Origin: Zancudomyces culisetae HAW-14-8
Lineage: Eukaryota; Fungi; Kickxellomycota
Length of the DNA stretch: 64,000 nt
NCBI GenBank assembly: GCA_052426225.1
Contig: JBNJNM010000013.1
Coordinates: forward strand, 1,550,001-1,614,000
Direction of reading: 5' to 3'
Positions 38,606 to 51,692 of the stretch are shown here, piece by piece (the first letter of the stretch is position 1; each line of letters starts with the position of its first letter). The position numbers and the translations under genes were made by a program. The notes beneath the pieces were generated by a model that had not been told where the DNA came from, searched no databases, and was given only the letters and a program-made list of their open reading frames with translations.

Positions 38606-41600
38606 GAGGGGAGGTCGTGTCATGAACTGATTCTAGAATGTTCGATAACGTTCTAGAATCATCTGATACTATTCCGCAGTAATGTTTAGAATGTTGGGGA
38701 ACATTCTAGAACATTACCGAAAATTCACATTATTTATTAATTTTTCTTACGTAATAATTTTCACATGTTTAATTTTATTAGCATTCGAGTTTGATTTTTG
38801 TTTGATTACTAATCAAATTGGATTAGTAATCAAACACGTTTTACTTTAACTTGCATTTTTAGCTATTCCGCAGTTTTCATAGTGATTTTGTTCAAAAACC
38901 AAGGCTGGAAAAAAGTAAAAAAGGGTACAATATTCCTGTCTTGGATTCAGTATCTAGTATCTTGTATACATTCATACAATAAACTTTAATAATAATAAAT
39001 ATAACTCTCCTGACACCAGATCTTGACACAACAATCATGTAAAAGAAGTCCTAGAAAGACTAAGAACTCACGGTCTCTATGCTAAACTAGAGAAATGCCA
39101 ATTTGACCAAACAAGTGTAGAATTCTTGGGCTACATAATTTCAGATACAGGTATCTCTATGAGCCCAGAAAAAGTTCAAACTATTCTTAGCTGGCAAACA
39201 CCAACCCATGTTAAGGGTGTAATGAGTTTCTTAGGATTTGCTAACTTTTACAGAAAATTTATCAAAGACTATTCCAAGATAGCCAGACCGCTCACAAATC
39301 TAACTAAGAAAGACATTCCATTTAATTGGACCCCAGAATGCCAGGATGCATTCGAATTCCTCAAGAAAACTGTTACTTCAGCACCAATTCTCGCTCACCC
39401 AGATCCAAGTTTACCCTTCCACCTTGAAACTGATGCTTCAGATTATGCCATAGGTGCAGTCTTAAACCAACCAGTGTCCAAGACAGATCCAACTCTCCAC
39501 CCAGTCGCCTTCTATTCTCGCAAACTACTAGACGCCGAAATTAATTATGACATTCATGACAAAGAATTATTGGCTATAGTAAACGCGTTTAAACACTGGT
39601 GACACTACTTATGTGGAGCAATCCACCCAATCAACGTATTCTCTGATCACAGAAACTTAACATTTTTTAGAACAAAGAGAATATTGAAGCAAAGACACGC
39701 CAGATGGGCAAATACTTTGTCTGAATTTGACTTCAAGTTATGTTACAAACCAGGTGCACTTAATCCAGTAGCTGATGCATTGAGTCGGAGGACCGACTTA
39801 TTACCTGAAACGGGGGGTGAATACACAAACCCACAAAAATACGAAGCCACCATCCTCCCAGCTTCCAAATGGATTAATGCTGCTAAAACTCAAACACCTC
39901 AGGTTCAACTAATTACATCGGATAAGAAGAAACTAGAAATCCTTCAGTCTCGTCATGATGCCTTATCCGCCGGACATTTAGGTCAACAGAAAACTTTTGT
40001 CTAATCGCCAAGGATTACTATTGGAAAGGAATGAGACAATACATCAAAGATTATATCAAAGGATGCGATATTTGCCAAAGAAATAAAATTCACAGACATA
40101 AGCCATATGGATTGTTAAACCCACTCGAAATCCCAGAAAAGCCGTGGTCCAAAATCTCTATGGATTACATAGTAAAATTACCAACTTCAAATGGTTATGA
40201 TTCTATTCTAGTAATAGTTTGTCGCTTCACAAAGCAAGCACATTTTATACCATGTAACGAAACCATTGATGCAGCAGGAACTGCAAAGTTATTCATTAAT
40301 AATATTTTCAAGTTACATGGACTGCCAGTAGACATCACATCTGATAGAGGACCCCAATTTAGATCAAAGTTTTGGAAAGAAATCATGAATTTATTAAAAG
40401 TCAAAGTAAATCTATCTTCTGCATATCACCCACAGTCAAATGGACAAACAGAAAGAGTCAACCAAACTCTTGAACAATACCTCAGAAATTACTCGAACTA
40501 CAATCAAGATAACTGGAGTACCTTACTACCATTCGCAGAGTTCGCTTACAACAACGCAGTAAGCTCAAGTACCAAGATGTCACCGTTTTATGCAAACTAT
40601 GGATACAACCCCAAGGCTGATTTTTTATATACTAAAGAAAACACATCTAGTAATCCAGCAGTAACCTCGTATCTTAAAGTCATTCAAGAATCATGTGAAG
40701 AAATTAAGTCAACACTTAATCAAGCTCAAGACAACTCAGTAAAACAATCAAAACGTAAAAGAATAAATATCAAGTACAAAGTAAACGATTTAGTATGGTT
40801 AGATCGTAAAAACATAAAGTCTATGAGACCATCTCATAAATTAGACAATCAAAGAATAGGTCCGTTCCATATCACTGAACAGATAAACAAAGTGACTTAC
40901 AGATTAAAACTACCAAATGAAATGAGAATACATGATGTATTCCACGTATCACTCCTTGAGCCATATCATACACCGATAATCAAAGGACAAATCAAACCAA
41001 GACCTGAACCCATCATCTTAGATAATACTGAAGAATGGGAAGTTGAAGAAATTCTAGATGACAAGAAAACAAATAATAAAATTTACTATCTTGTAAAATG
41101 GAAAGGATACACAGACTGTGAAAACACCTGGGAGCCAATTGAAAATCTTGCAAACTGTCAAAAACTCTTAAAACAGTATAATCAGAAATCCAAGAAACCC
41201 TAAATCTGAATGCAATCGATCTCGCGGAGCTTGATCATAAAAATGGGGGTGATGTTAGGAATGGCCAATTCCTGGAACATAATTTTTAGTTACATTTTGG
41301 CCTACTAAAAATCTAACCTATTTTATTATTTCATTTCCGGTTTTCTAATATGTCATTCCGACATTGGAATCATGTTGCAAAATTCACCATGAATTTTCTG
41401 ATATTATTACTGGGAAAATTTACTAAGCAAAATCAAGAAATTTTCCAATAATTAAATTTAACAAAAATCCTTGAAAAAATTGGATAAATCAAATCTATGA
41501 AAAAATTGGATATACCAAATCCATGATTAAATTGATAAATAAAATCAACGCTAAAATTGATAAACAAAAACCATGATAAAATTGATAAACAAAAACCATG

Positions 41601-42591
41601 TTAAAATCGATAAACAAAATCAACGCTAAAATCGATAAACAAAAACCATGATAAAATCAATAAACAAAATCATTGTTAAAATTGATAAACCATATCTATG
41701 TTAAAATCAACAAATGAAAATTACAAATTTCACGATAAGTAGATACCTTAAACTAGTTCACTTTTACATAGACAAATTTTATAGCTAATATTTATTGACT
41801 TTAAGTTTTTCTTCACAGTAAAATTCTCTGATGAAAAATTATATAAACCCTTCGAAATTCCGTTGGGATACATCAGAGAAAAAAATATATTTATCAACAC
41901 ATCAAATATAATATTTTTCTAAATACTTACTTCTTCCTAAATAAATATTAATCAAGCATAACAAATCTCTACGCCAAGTTATAAGCAGCTCATTGTTTAT
42001 AACAATTAATATTAATAAATATAACTCTCCTGACTCCAGATCTTGTCAGCATAACGGCAATCGCAGCAACTTCCGTGGTTTTGTAAACCAATGCCGTCTA
42101 CTGTTGTTCACCCATCCAGACCACTACCCGTCCGCCACAAACAAGGTTGGTATTGTTATGTCCCTCCTCACAGGGAATTGTTAGATACCAATATTGTACA
42201 CAATATTATTGATATTAACTAATGAACACACAGAATGTTTTATATAAGTTAGTATTAATTATACTAGTTTAAACAAACAGTAATAGATAATTTATTGGTG
42301 TATAATACCATTATTATTGTTAAACGAGATTGACAAACTTAATTGTTTATGAAAAGGATTTGTATCCCATTTTATACTATTAAGTTTGTTATAAATATTA
42401 ATATAAAACTTAAACTATTAATAAAACTAATAATAATATACTAATAAGCGAACATCATTAATTTACACATTATTAATGAAGAAACATATAATATTGATCA
42501 TGTGTATCAACATTATTGTTTTAAACTAATAATTATATAATAATCAAATTAAATAAACATATAATTAAATAAAATTAATGTTACATATGTA

Positions 42592-44185
42592 CAGTGAGTT
42601 TCAATATTGTCTCAAAATAATGATTTTAATTTTCAAAGTGTAAAATCTCGCTCAATAATATCAAAAATTTTATGTTGTTTATATATATAATTCTCAAATG
42701 TTATATTATAATTTTATATAAACTGTATTTTTATTGGTTAAAAATTCATATGAAATTATAAATTTAAAAATTTTTAAAAATGAGTCAATTATGAGAATTT
42801 TTCAAAAAAAATTTTTAAAATTCTTTCCACCTTCCTTTAGACTTGATAACTGCCTAAACTCTTTTGAGCATACTATCTATAAGACCAAGTATTGTTTCCA
42901 CTGAAATTAAATTCCATTCCGTTTCTATTCGCTCCCATAATTCGATCATCCCGGACGGAGGTTTACTGTATCTATTTAGGCGTCTTTTGATGATTGCCCA
43001 TATAGTTTCAATTGGGTCTAAGTCTGGAGATTGTGGCGGCCAGTCCAATGTATTATATTCCTGGTTTTCAAGCCAGCTGGTAACTAACATTGAGGTATGT
43101 TTAGGATCATTGTCATGTTGAAATATTATTGACTTGGGATCCAAGTTGTAGTACTTTTTAGTATTGCTAAGCTCGGCTTTTAAAATGTTTAAATAATCTT
43201 CCTTGTTTAACATTCCTTCTATTCGGCACATGTAGCCAGTTCCAGATGCTGTGATGCATCCCCAAATCATTAATGATCCTCCACCGTGTTTTACGGTCTG
43301 GTTAATATTGTGCGGCTGTAGACTCACACCATCACGAACCCAAGTTCATTCATTTCCATCATATCCAAATCGGTTGATTTTAGTTTCGTCGGACCAAATT
43401 ACTCGTCTCCAATCATCAGTAGTCCAGTGGCGATGAGATTTTGCGAATCTCAACCTTTGTACAATATTTTTAAGGCTCAGTTTCGGTTTGGATGCCTTAT
43501 TTTTTGCAACGGCTTTTAGATCATTAAAAGCCCTATATATTGTAGACTTACTAGCACTTACAACATTATCCATTTCTAACTTCTTTTGTATCGAAGTAGC
43601 AGATCGATACTCTCCATTTAATATCATCCTAGTACATATTCGCTTGCTTTGGGGTGAAAGCTTCGCTGGACGACCTCGTTTATTAGCCGGTAAATTGATA
43701 TTCATTGCGCTTTTATTCTGTATATTGTTGCTTTACTAACTCATTATCTATAATGATTTGGTCAATGCATCTGCCTTCAAGTAAGGCGTTTTTTATATAT
43801 AGTTTACGTTGTTCAGATATCATTTTTTAAATAATTATTATTTTAATTAGTTAACAATTATATATATTATTATATGTATGAGTTTAAAAAAATTTAAGTT
43901 TGAATTCATAAAGTTATGATAGTTTAAATTTTTTTTTTGAAAAATTCCCAAAATTGTCTCATTTTTAAAATTTTTTCAATTTATAATTTCATAATGAATT
44001 TTTTTCCAATTAATTAACATTTTATATAAAATTAACATATAACATTTGTCCATTTTATAATATAAATAACATATAACATTTGTCCATTTTATAATATAAA
44101 TAACATAATTTCTGGATATTATTGAGCGAGATATTTCACTTTGAAAATTAATTTCAATATTTTGAAACATTTTTGAAACTCTCTG
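42592..44185 (-). mobile_element. Tc1-family DNA transposon with long (about 230-265 bp) TIRs
   Basis: TA duplications at 42590-42591 and 44186-44187; CAGWG termini; TIRs about 42592-42822 and 43920-44185. Confidence 0.92.
42815..43823 (-). pseudogene. DD34E Tc1 transposase, frameshifted
   Basis: GRPAKL, WSDETK, KHGGGSLMIWGC and FQHD-(34 aa)-E ending SPDLDPIE. Broken into several ORFs. Confidence 0.9.
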
Positions 44186-44463
44186 TATTTACCCAAATGA
44201 ATAACAAATATATATATTACTGTGTCTGCAAGTGAATAATTTTTAATCACATATATAATATAAAAAATATTGCACATGAGCATATTTATTTGTATTATTT
44301 ATCTATCTATATATATATACTATTATGATATATATAAAATATATTGTAAAATTTTTATCCAAACTATAGAATATATTTATCGCAAATATTTTCGATAATG
44401 TTGACATTAATAAATATAAATTGACTATTCCATATATTGTGTTTAAATATTTATTAATATATA

Positions 44464-44990
44464 ATGTCAGGTTAGACCGAACGGGTAACGTTCATATCGG
44501 ATGTCTCATGCTACGGAACTGTTGTTGCACATGCTCCTTTACAAAAGCAAATAGAGTATGTGACTCGGTACGATATTACTACATAGAGTTGGCGCCGGAA
44601 CGGTCAATTTCAGAAGAGTAACGTCCCACATCCTTAAAACTGTTGGATGATGGCTGCACGTAGCTGCTGATATGAGCTGACATGAGACATTTATAATGTT
44701 AAATTTTTAAATTTTACTATATTATACTCTTAGCCGACGCCCTATATAGGTATTATGACTATTAGATAAAATTGTACTAAACAAAATTCTTCTTGTTCAA
44801 AGTCATTTTTTAATGATGAAACTAAAACGTTTTTTACTACAAATAGAGCTAAGGAATCTAATTGATCTTTCATTTGTATATATATATTTATATATCAATA
44901 AAACTACATAAAGCTAGTTTAATTTCTTACGTATTACATCTTATTAGCTGTTTATTTGCTTGTGGATACAGTTTTTAATTCGTTATAATA
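44464..44990 (+). mobile_element. Possible further solo LTR (GC-richer island)
   Basis: Starts TGTCA, internal inverted repeat ATGTCTCATG (44501) / CATGAGACAT (44681), TATA-like at about 44742. 3' end and TSD not found. Confidence 0.3.
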
Positions 44991-46277
44991 TTGTTAATGT
45001 ATGATTATTCGAATGTAATTTTACAATTCTTTTATAATTGTAAATCATGATATAATATTTCTGTCATAATATATTTTTAGATTTACTAAATTATAATGTT
45101 ATATAATGTTCAACATCAATTAATTTTGTTATTGAATTTTATTTAATATAAAATTATGTAATTTCAAATCTACATATGCATCAGTATTCACACGGCAATA
45201 CAACATATACGTTATATATTGATTAATTTATAATATTCAAAATATATATTTTAAATACTCAATATACTTTTAATGATTAAACATATATATTTAAAATAAT
45301 TTAATTAATCCAATTGTATTGGCGTGATCTGCCTATATCGAGTTATAAAACTGGATTATTTAATTTTGATTTAATAATATATATGTTGAATTTTATTTAA
45401 TATATATATTGTGTTATATATTATAAGAATATTATATGTCTATCATATTAAATAATGAAAAGTTTTTATGTTGTGTATATTATTATGGGTACATCTGATT
45501 AATCACATCATTCCATATCTCAACAATATCAACAAATTAAACAAATTTATATCTCATATCAAATTGACAACTATATTTACACAGATTATTAAATTTTACG
45601 ACATTGCATATGATACAACACCAAATATATTATATAGGTAAACCGATAAAATAGTCCATGAAACAATATTGTAATAATAAAAGAATAAAAATTATATATC
45701 ATATGCTTTAATAAAAATTCTAATGTCATTAATATATTATAATATGTCTTAATAATATCGGGCAATATATATTTATGTAAGTATCGACATAAAATTATAA
45801 ATATAATATAATATAACAAATGCTACATAATACACACAATGTTCTTAGATAATTTATTAATATTACATATATATATTCGCTGTCATAATTTTAATATATT
45901 AGTATTATCAGCAAATTGTACATCAATATACACATAATAAATTTCATGCGCGGATTTCGTTAAAATTATAATTTACGTTGTTTTTTTGTAATATTACACG
46001 TAAACTAAAAATAACAAAAATATAATATATATATACTTAAATATCAATACAAAAATTATAATAATGATGATATGTTAAATATTGATCATGTGAATCATTA
46101 AAATTTACAATTATAATAATTTAATAAACATATTTTATATCTTAAAAATAAAAATACTAATGTTTCACATGTTTATCATTTTAAAAATATTTAAATACGT
46201 ATAAATATATAATACTGTTGTGATACTTGTGTATTCATAACACTACCCCCCCTCTTAAGGGTACTTACAGATGTTTT

Positions 46278-49200
46278 TTATTCAGATTCGCGTTCGTTTT
46301 CGATCTTGCTGAGCCAAAATTCTTGTATTTTTACGTGTGCGTTAACATCCTGTTCACGCTCCCAACTTCGCTCTTCAGGTCCATATTCTTCGTAATCAAT
46401 GTAATAATATGTGGTACCATCAATTTCTTGTGTATCCAAAATTTTATTTACCACATATTCTATTTCATTATTGATGATTACAGGTGATGGGGGTCTGATG
46501 TCTGGTCGTATCACTAATTCTGATGTGTGATATTTTTCTAATATTGATACATGAAATACTGGATGTATCTTCATGTTTGGTGGTAATTGTAGCTTAAATG
46601 TGACGTCGTTTATTATTCCTATAACCTTGTATGGACCAATCTTTTTGTTATCCTATTTGTCGGAGGGTCTGACAGTTTGTGTATATTTTCGTATTAGCCA
46701 TACCTTATCACCTATTTTGAACTTTGGATGTTGTTTTCGCTTCCTATCTGCAAACTTTATTCCAGTTTAAATAGCATTTTGTAACACTTTTTTGATGTCA
46801 TGATGATGTTTTTTAAGTTCTATAACACGGTTTTCAGCACTTGGAATTATCTCAATAGTTGGTATTTGTGAAATAATAAAGTATCAAAACCTTATAATGT
46901 TTTAAATAGTGACATCTTTATTGCACTGTGATATGCATTATTGTATGAATATTCAGCTAATGGAAGTAATTTGCACCAGTTATCTTGCATGTATTCACTG
47001 TAACACCTCAAATATTGCTCCAATGTTTGATTAGTACGCTCAGTTTGACCATTAGTTTCAGGGTGATAAGCACTAGAAAGTTTTATTTTTACGTTTAAAA
47101 GTTCGTAAAAACGCTACCAAAACTTGCTTATAAACTGAGATCCTCTATCAGAAATGATCTCATCAGGTGTACCATGTAGTTTAAAAACATTTTTAATGTA
47201 TGCAGTAACTGTTTCGGGTGAAGTCGGCAACTTTTTAAATGGTATGAAATGTGCCATTTTAGTATATCTATCAACAGTAACCATTATTGTTGTATACCCA
47301 TTTGACTTTGGTAAATCTGTAATGAAGTCCATAGTTATAGATTTCCATGGTCCAGATGCTATAAGAAACGGTTGTAGCAATCCATACTGTTTATGTCTGT
47401 TAGATTTATTTTTTTGACATACATCACATGTATTAATGTATTCTTTCACATATTTCATTTTTTGTTTTATAAAATAGTTTCGATCCAAATTTTTTATTGT
47501 TTATGTATCCCAAAATGTCCAGCTGCACCTGAATCATGAACTTCTTGTAGTAATTGTATTCTTAATACATCAGGTACATATATTTTTTCATTTATATATA
47601 TTAATCCATTACGTTTTATAATGATATCAGATTCTTTTAGTTGATGTTTTAAATCATTAATATCGATATTATTCTGCTCAATATATGTTTTAATGTTGTT
47701 TAAAAGTTCACTTTGTGGTATTATGATTGCATTAATAAAGTGTTTTCCCTCAATAATATTGTTGTTATCACTTTTGAATCGTCATAATTAGTATGTCTTG
47801 AAAGTGCATCAGGTTTACCACTTTGTTTTCCTGGTCTGTAGGTGATATCAAAGTCATATTCATTTAGTAATAATGACTATCTGGCGGGTCTTCTGTTGAA
47901 ATTTTATGTTTTTAAATGACTCAAAATTCTTATGATCAGTATATATTATAAATTTTTGTGATGCTTCTTGCAGGTAATGACGCCATTCTTTAATTGCATT
48001 GATAATTGCTAACAGTTCTTTGTCATAAATATCATAATTTATTTCAGCTTTTTCCAGCTTATGAGAGTAATATGCACATGGAGCGAGCATCCCATCATCA
48101 TTATATTGTGATAAAATAGCTCCAATTGCATAATCTGAAGCATCCGTTTCAACTATAAACTGTTTATCTGGGTTAGGATATTGTAATATTGGTGTAGATG
48201 TCAACATATTTTTTATTGTATCAAATGCATTTTGCTCTTTAGATGACCATTCCCACTTTTATCCTTTTTTAACAGCTCTGTAAGTGGTCTATTAACCTTG
48301 GAAAACCCTTCAATAAACTTCCTGTAATAATTTGCGAAGCCCATAAATACTTGAATATCTTTTGGTTTTGTTGGTGTATTCCACTCATGCACACATTTAG
48401 TCTTTTCTGGATCAGATGGTATGCCTTTATCACTAATAATATGGCCTAAAAATGTCACTTTTTTGACATCAAACTCGCATTTTTCGAGTTTACAATACAG
48501 TTTATGCTTCCTTAATTTGCTTAAAACATTTTTAACATGCTCCGTATGTTGATGTATATCCGGTGAAAAGATTAGTATATCATCTAGGTAAGATATTGCG
48601 TAAACATCCAATATATCTCTTAACACATCATTAATAAAATGTTGAAAAGTTGCAGGTGCATTAGTCAATCCAAATGGCATTACTTGATACTCGTAATGTC
48701 CATATCTGCATCCTAAAGCGGTTTTAGGTTCATCGCCTTTTTTTATTCTGACCAAGTTATATGCACTACGAAGATCCAATTTTGTAAATATTCGTGCATC
48801 CTTTAATCTATCAAACACCTCATCAATTCTAGGCAACGGATACATGTTTTTAATAGAGTTTTCATTCAGTTTTCTGTAATCTACACACAGTCTTAGCTCA
48901 CCAGATTTCTTTTATACAAACATTATAGGCGCGCCATAAGGTGATTTTGAATGCCTTATAAATTTGTTTGCAAGATTCTTGTCGATGTATGACTTTAATT
49001 CAATGAGTTCAGTTTGAGATAGTGGGTATATTGAACCCCAAAATGGTTTAGAATCTTCTTTTAAATCGATTCTACAGTCATATTCACGATGGTTTGGCAA
49101 TGTTTCAGCCATTTTTTCATCAAAGACGTCAGTAAATTCAATATACTTTGTAGGTATAACAGTAGGAGTAGGAGTAGTATCAGTATTGTTATTATTTAAA

Positions 49201-51692
49201 ACAGTTTTGATGTCAGTATCATACTTGAAAATTATATTTTTATCTATTTATTCATCAATATTTTCATTTAAATTTTGTGTGTTTTCAGTTGAAAAACTAT
49301 CAATATCCATTAAATTTGTATCATTTTGTTGTTTAAAAGTAGTATAAATGTTATCTAGAGTTGTTGCAGTAGTATTAGATGTCATAGGAGTAACTTGGGT
49401 AGCAGATGGAATAACTATAGGTGTTCTTTTTTTGATATTTTTAACTTTTATAGGCTTAAAAGTAGGTGTTGATATTGGGTATAACTCTGCATCAAGGTCA
49501 AGATTTTTAGTAGTTGTAGTTTCAGTAGTTGGTGGAGAAGTAGACTACCTTCATTGGTAGTTTCAGGTTCAATGGATGTTTCCTTGTTATTTTTTAAATT
49601 ATCTTTAGTTAATATTTTTTCACTATTTTCTGTAATTTTTGTATTTTTTCTTAAATTTTTTGTAATTTTCTATCGTAGATATCTTGTAAATCACTTTCAG
49701 GTGTGCCACTATTAGTATTTGCGTTAATTTCTGATGTATTAATAGCAATACATGCTGGTTTGGTAATGTTATCTTCAATATTTTCATTCATTTTTCCATT
49801 TTTAATCTCATTATTATCACTTTTTCCATGAAAAATGATACTTTGATTCTTTTTTGTAATGTCAATTATTATATGTTCTTCATCTTCACTATCTGATAAA
49901 TTATATTTTTCTTGAATTTCTTTTATGTTTTGCAAATACATTTGTTGTACGAGTTTGTTCAACTCACTAGAAGTCATGTTTTCATCAAATTCAATGTCAT
50001 ATTTGTTTAATTTTTTACCATTGTTGTTAGTATTATCTTCAATGGCTTCTTGTTTTTGTTCATTGACATCCGCACTATTAGTTTTAGGTGTACTAAACAT
50101 CTCATGATCAAGTAGATATCCATAATTACTATAATCGTCTGTTTGTACGGATTCAGAGACATTGTTTTTCTCACGTGATACTTTTTTCTTTACTATATTT
50201 TTCATCTTATTTTTAGTTTTTGCACCCGTTTGTGCTACGTTCTTTCCTGATGTAAACAAGTATGATTTGATTTTAGACATAATAGTGTTAGAATGTTCAA
50301 TATCAGATTCTGAAGTGTTGTTTTGTCTAAAATATCTGCTGTTATCATCATTTTTTTCATTATTTTGATCACTATTTTCACTTATTTGATCGTTATTTTC
50401 ATCCTCGGATGATACTTCTGGTCGATATATAATATCTACAGGTCTATTGTGGTGTACACAATTGTTCAAACAGTAATCAGAATTAAATAAAATGTCGAAA
50501 GTATCCCAACTGATACTTGGATTGTGCTTTTTTAACCATGGCATGCCTAAAATCACATGACCATGAACAGATTGAATTGGATGTAGATTAATGGTTTCAG
50601 TGTGACCATTACCGATTGAAACTTTGATATCATTGTATACAAGGTTAATACCAGTTGTACTAAGCATGTTACCATCAATAGATTCAATACTGAATGGTGT
50701 TTTTAGTATTTTTGGTGGAAGATTTAACTTTTTTGCAGTGGTAGAGTCAATATATTTTTTAGAGCAGCCTGAATCAATTAGACATTAAAGTGAAAAATTC
50801 ATTATTTAAAGTTAATAGTATTATACCTATAACGATCTATTAACTGTAAATAAATTGTTGTCAGAGTCGCAAAAAATGTTATCCAAAACTAACTTCCGCA
50901 CTAGCTTTGGATGTCCCCTTTTAAATCCGTAACTTTAGCCTTGCACTGAGCAATATAGTGACCCTTTTTTCCACACTTAAAACATGTTCTGCTGTTATTA
51001 ATAGTTGTTTTGCCATGTTTTACTTCAATACTGTCTACATCCATAGCTTCTGGTTCATTTTTAATTTGCCCAAAACGATTATGTCCATGTCTAAAATAGG
51101 TATTTCTGGGGGTGTTAGAGTTGCGAATATTATAATTAGAGTTGTTTGTATAGTTGTTAAATGCAATAATCCTATTTTCGATTTCACTAGTAATTTGTAT
51201 AAGTTCATCCAAGTTATGTGGGATCGGTGCCATGATTAAATATTGATGTATTTGTCTTTTTAATCCCCTTTGATATTAGTCCATTAATGAGATATCATCA
51301 AATCCTGCACCACGTGCAAGCAATTTAAAATCAGTAGCGTATTCAATAATTGATCTGGTTCCTTGATAACACTTTCTGATTTTGTTTGCACATTTAATCT
51401 GGTAACTGGGGTCGGAAAAACTAGCACTGAAATATCCAAAAAATTTTGCAAAATTCTGCAAATATTCACTAGTACCACGAATTAAATCTTGATACCACAT
51501 AGCTGCTGGTCCTTCCAGATGTGCCCCAATGTAAACAATTTTTGATTTATCAGTTGTGAATACATTTTCATTGGCCCAAAACTGTAATTCAAGGCTTGCA
51601 ACAAAATAATTGTATGACTCCGGATTACCATCAAATTTTTTGATGTCAGGTAACTTGATTTGATTAAAATTTTGAATATTCTCCGCACTCAT
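46278..51692 (-). pseudogene. gag-pol of element E with many stops and frameshifts
   Basis: gag 51692-50901 (KFDGNPE, CFKCGKKGHYIAQC), [29 protein letters not shown], and chromodomain at 46278-46460. Confidence 0.9.
50868..50925 (-). promoter_or_regulatory. Predicted -1 frameshift signal of element E
   Basis: T_TTA_AAA (50925-50919), 6-nt spacer, stem ATCCAAAGCTAG/TTAGTTTTGGAT; loop TGCGGAA can pair with downstream TTTTGCG. Confidence 0.55.

Larger units (their letters stand above)
33318..39028 (+). mobile_element. Intact Ty3/Gypsy chromovirus B
   Basis: 411-bp LTRs 33318-33728 and 38618-39028 (TGTCA...TGACA), TSD CAACA (33313-33317 / 39029-39033), PPT about 38604-38617. Confidence 0.97.
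31949..41203 (+). pseudogene. pol of element A (PR-RT-RH-IN-chromodomain), disrupted by insertion B, a stop and a frameshift
   Basis: LVDTGAS, YLDD, ETDASD, SAYHPQSNGQTE and chromodomain WEVEEILD...YLVKWKGY...NTWEP. Rejoins in frame (ESHNNHVKEVL) after removing B. TGA at 39600-39602; frameshift near 40000. Confidence 0.92.
30250..42004 (+). mobile_element. Full-length Ty3/Gypsy chromovirus A, interrupted by element B
   Basis: LTRs 30250-31002 and 41253-42004 (TGTTA...TAACA), TSD ATTAA (30245-30249 / 42005-42009), PPT 41239-41252, gag-PR-RT-RH-IN-chromodomain order. Confidence 0.95.
29877..42048 (+). mobile_element. Solo LTR of family B (29877-30249 plus 42010-42048), split by full-length element A
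   Basis: The halves match the 411-bp B LTR. Degenerate TSD GTATG/GCATA; removal restores the C gag codons E-R-Y-D-G-N. Confidence 0.88.
28883..42178 (+). pseudogene. gag of element C, split by insertions (pieces 28883-28938, 29747-29876, 42054-42178)
   Basis: Removing inserts at their TSDs gives MSNKYCELLAEYQRLK/EENERLKSQQ...ALTERYDGNRSNFRGFVNQCRLLLFTHPDHYPSATNKVGIVMSLLTG, a chromovirus/PEG10-type capsid start (one frameshift, one stop). Confidence 0.75.
42179..44250 (-). mobile_element. Family E LTR copy interrupted by Tc1 (42179-42591 plus about 44188-44250)
   Basis: TGTTAGATACCAATATT is shared with 51782 and similarity is collinear up to the Tc1 TA site. Right end is approximate. Confidence 0.7.
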
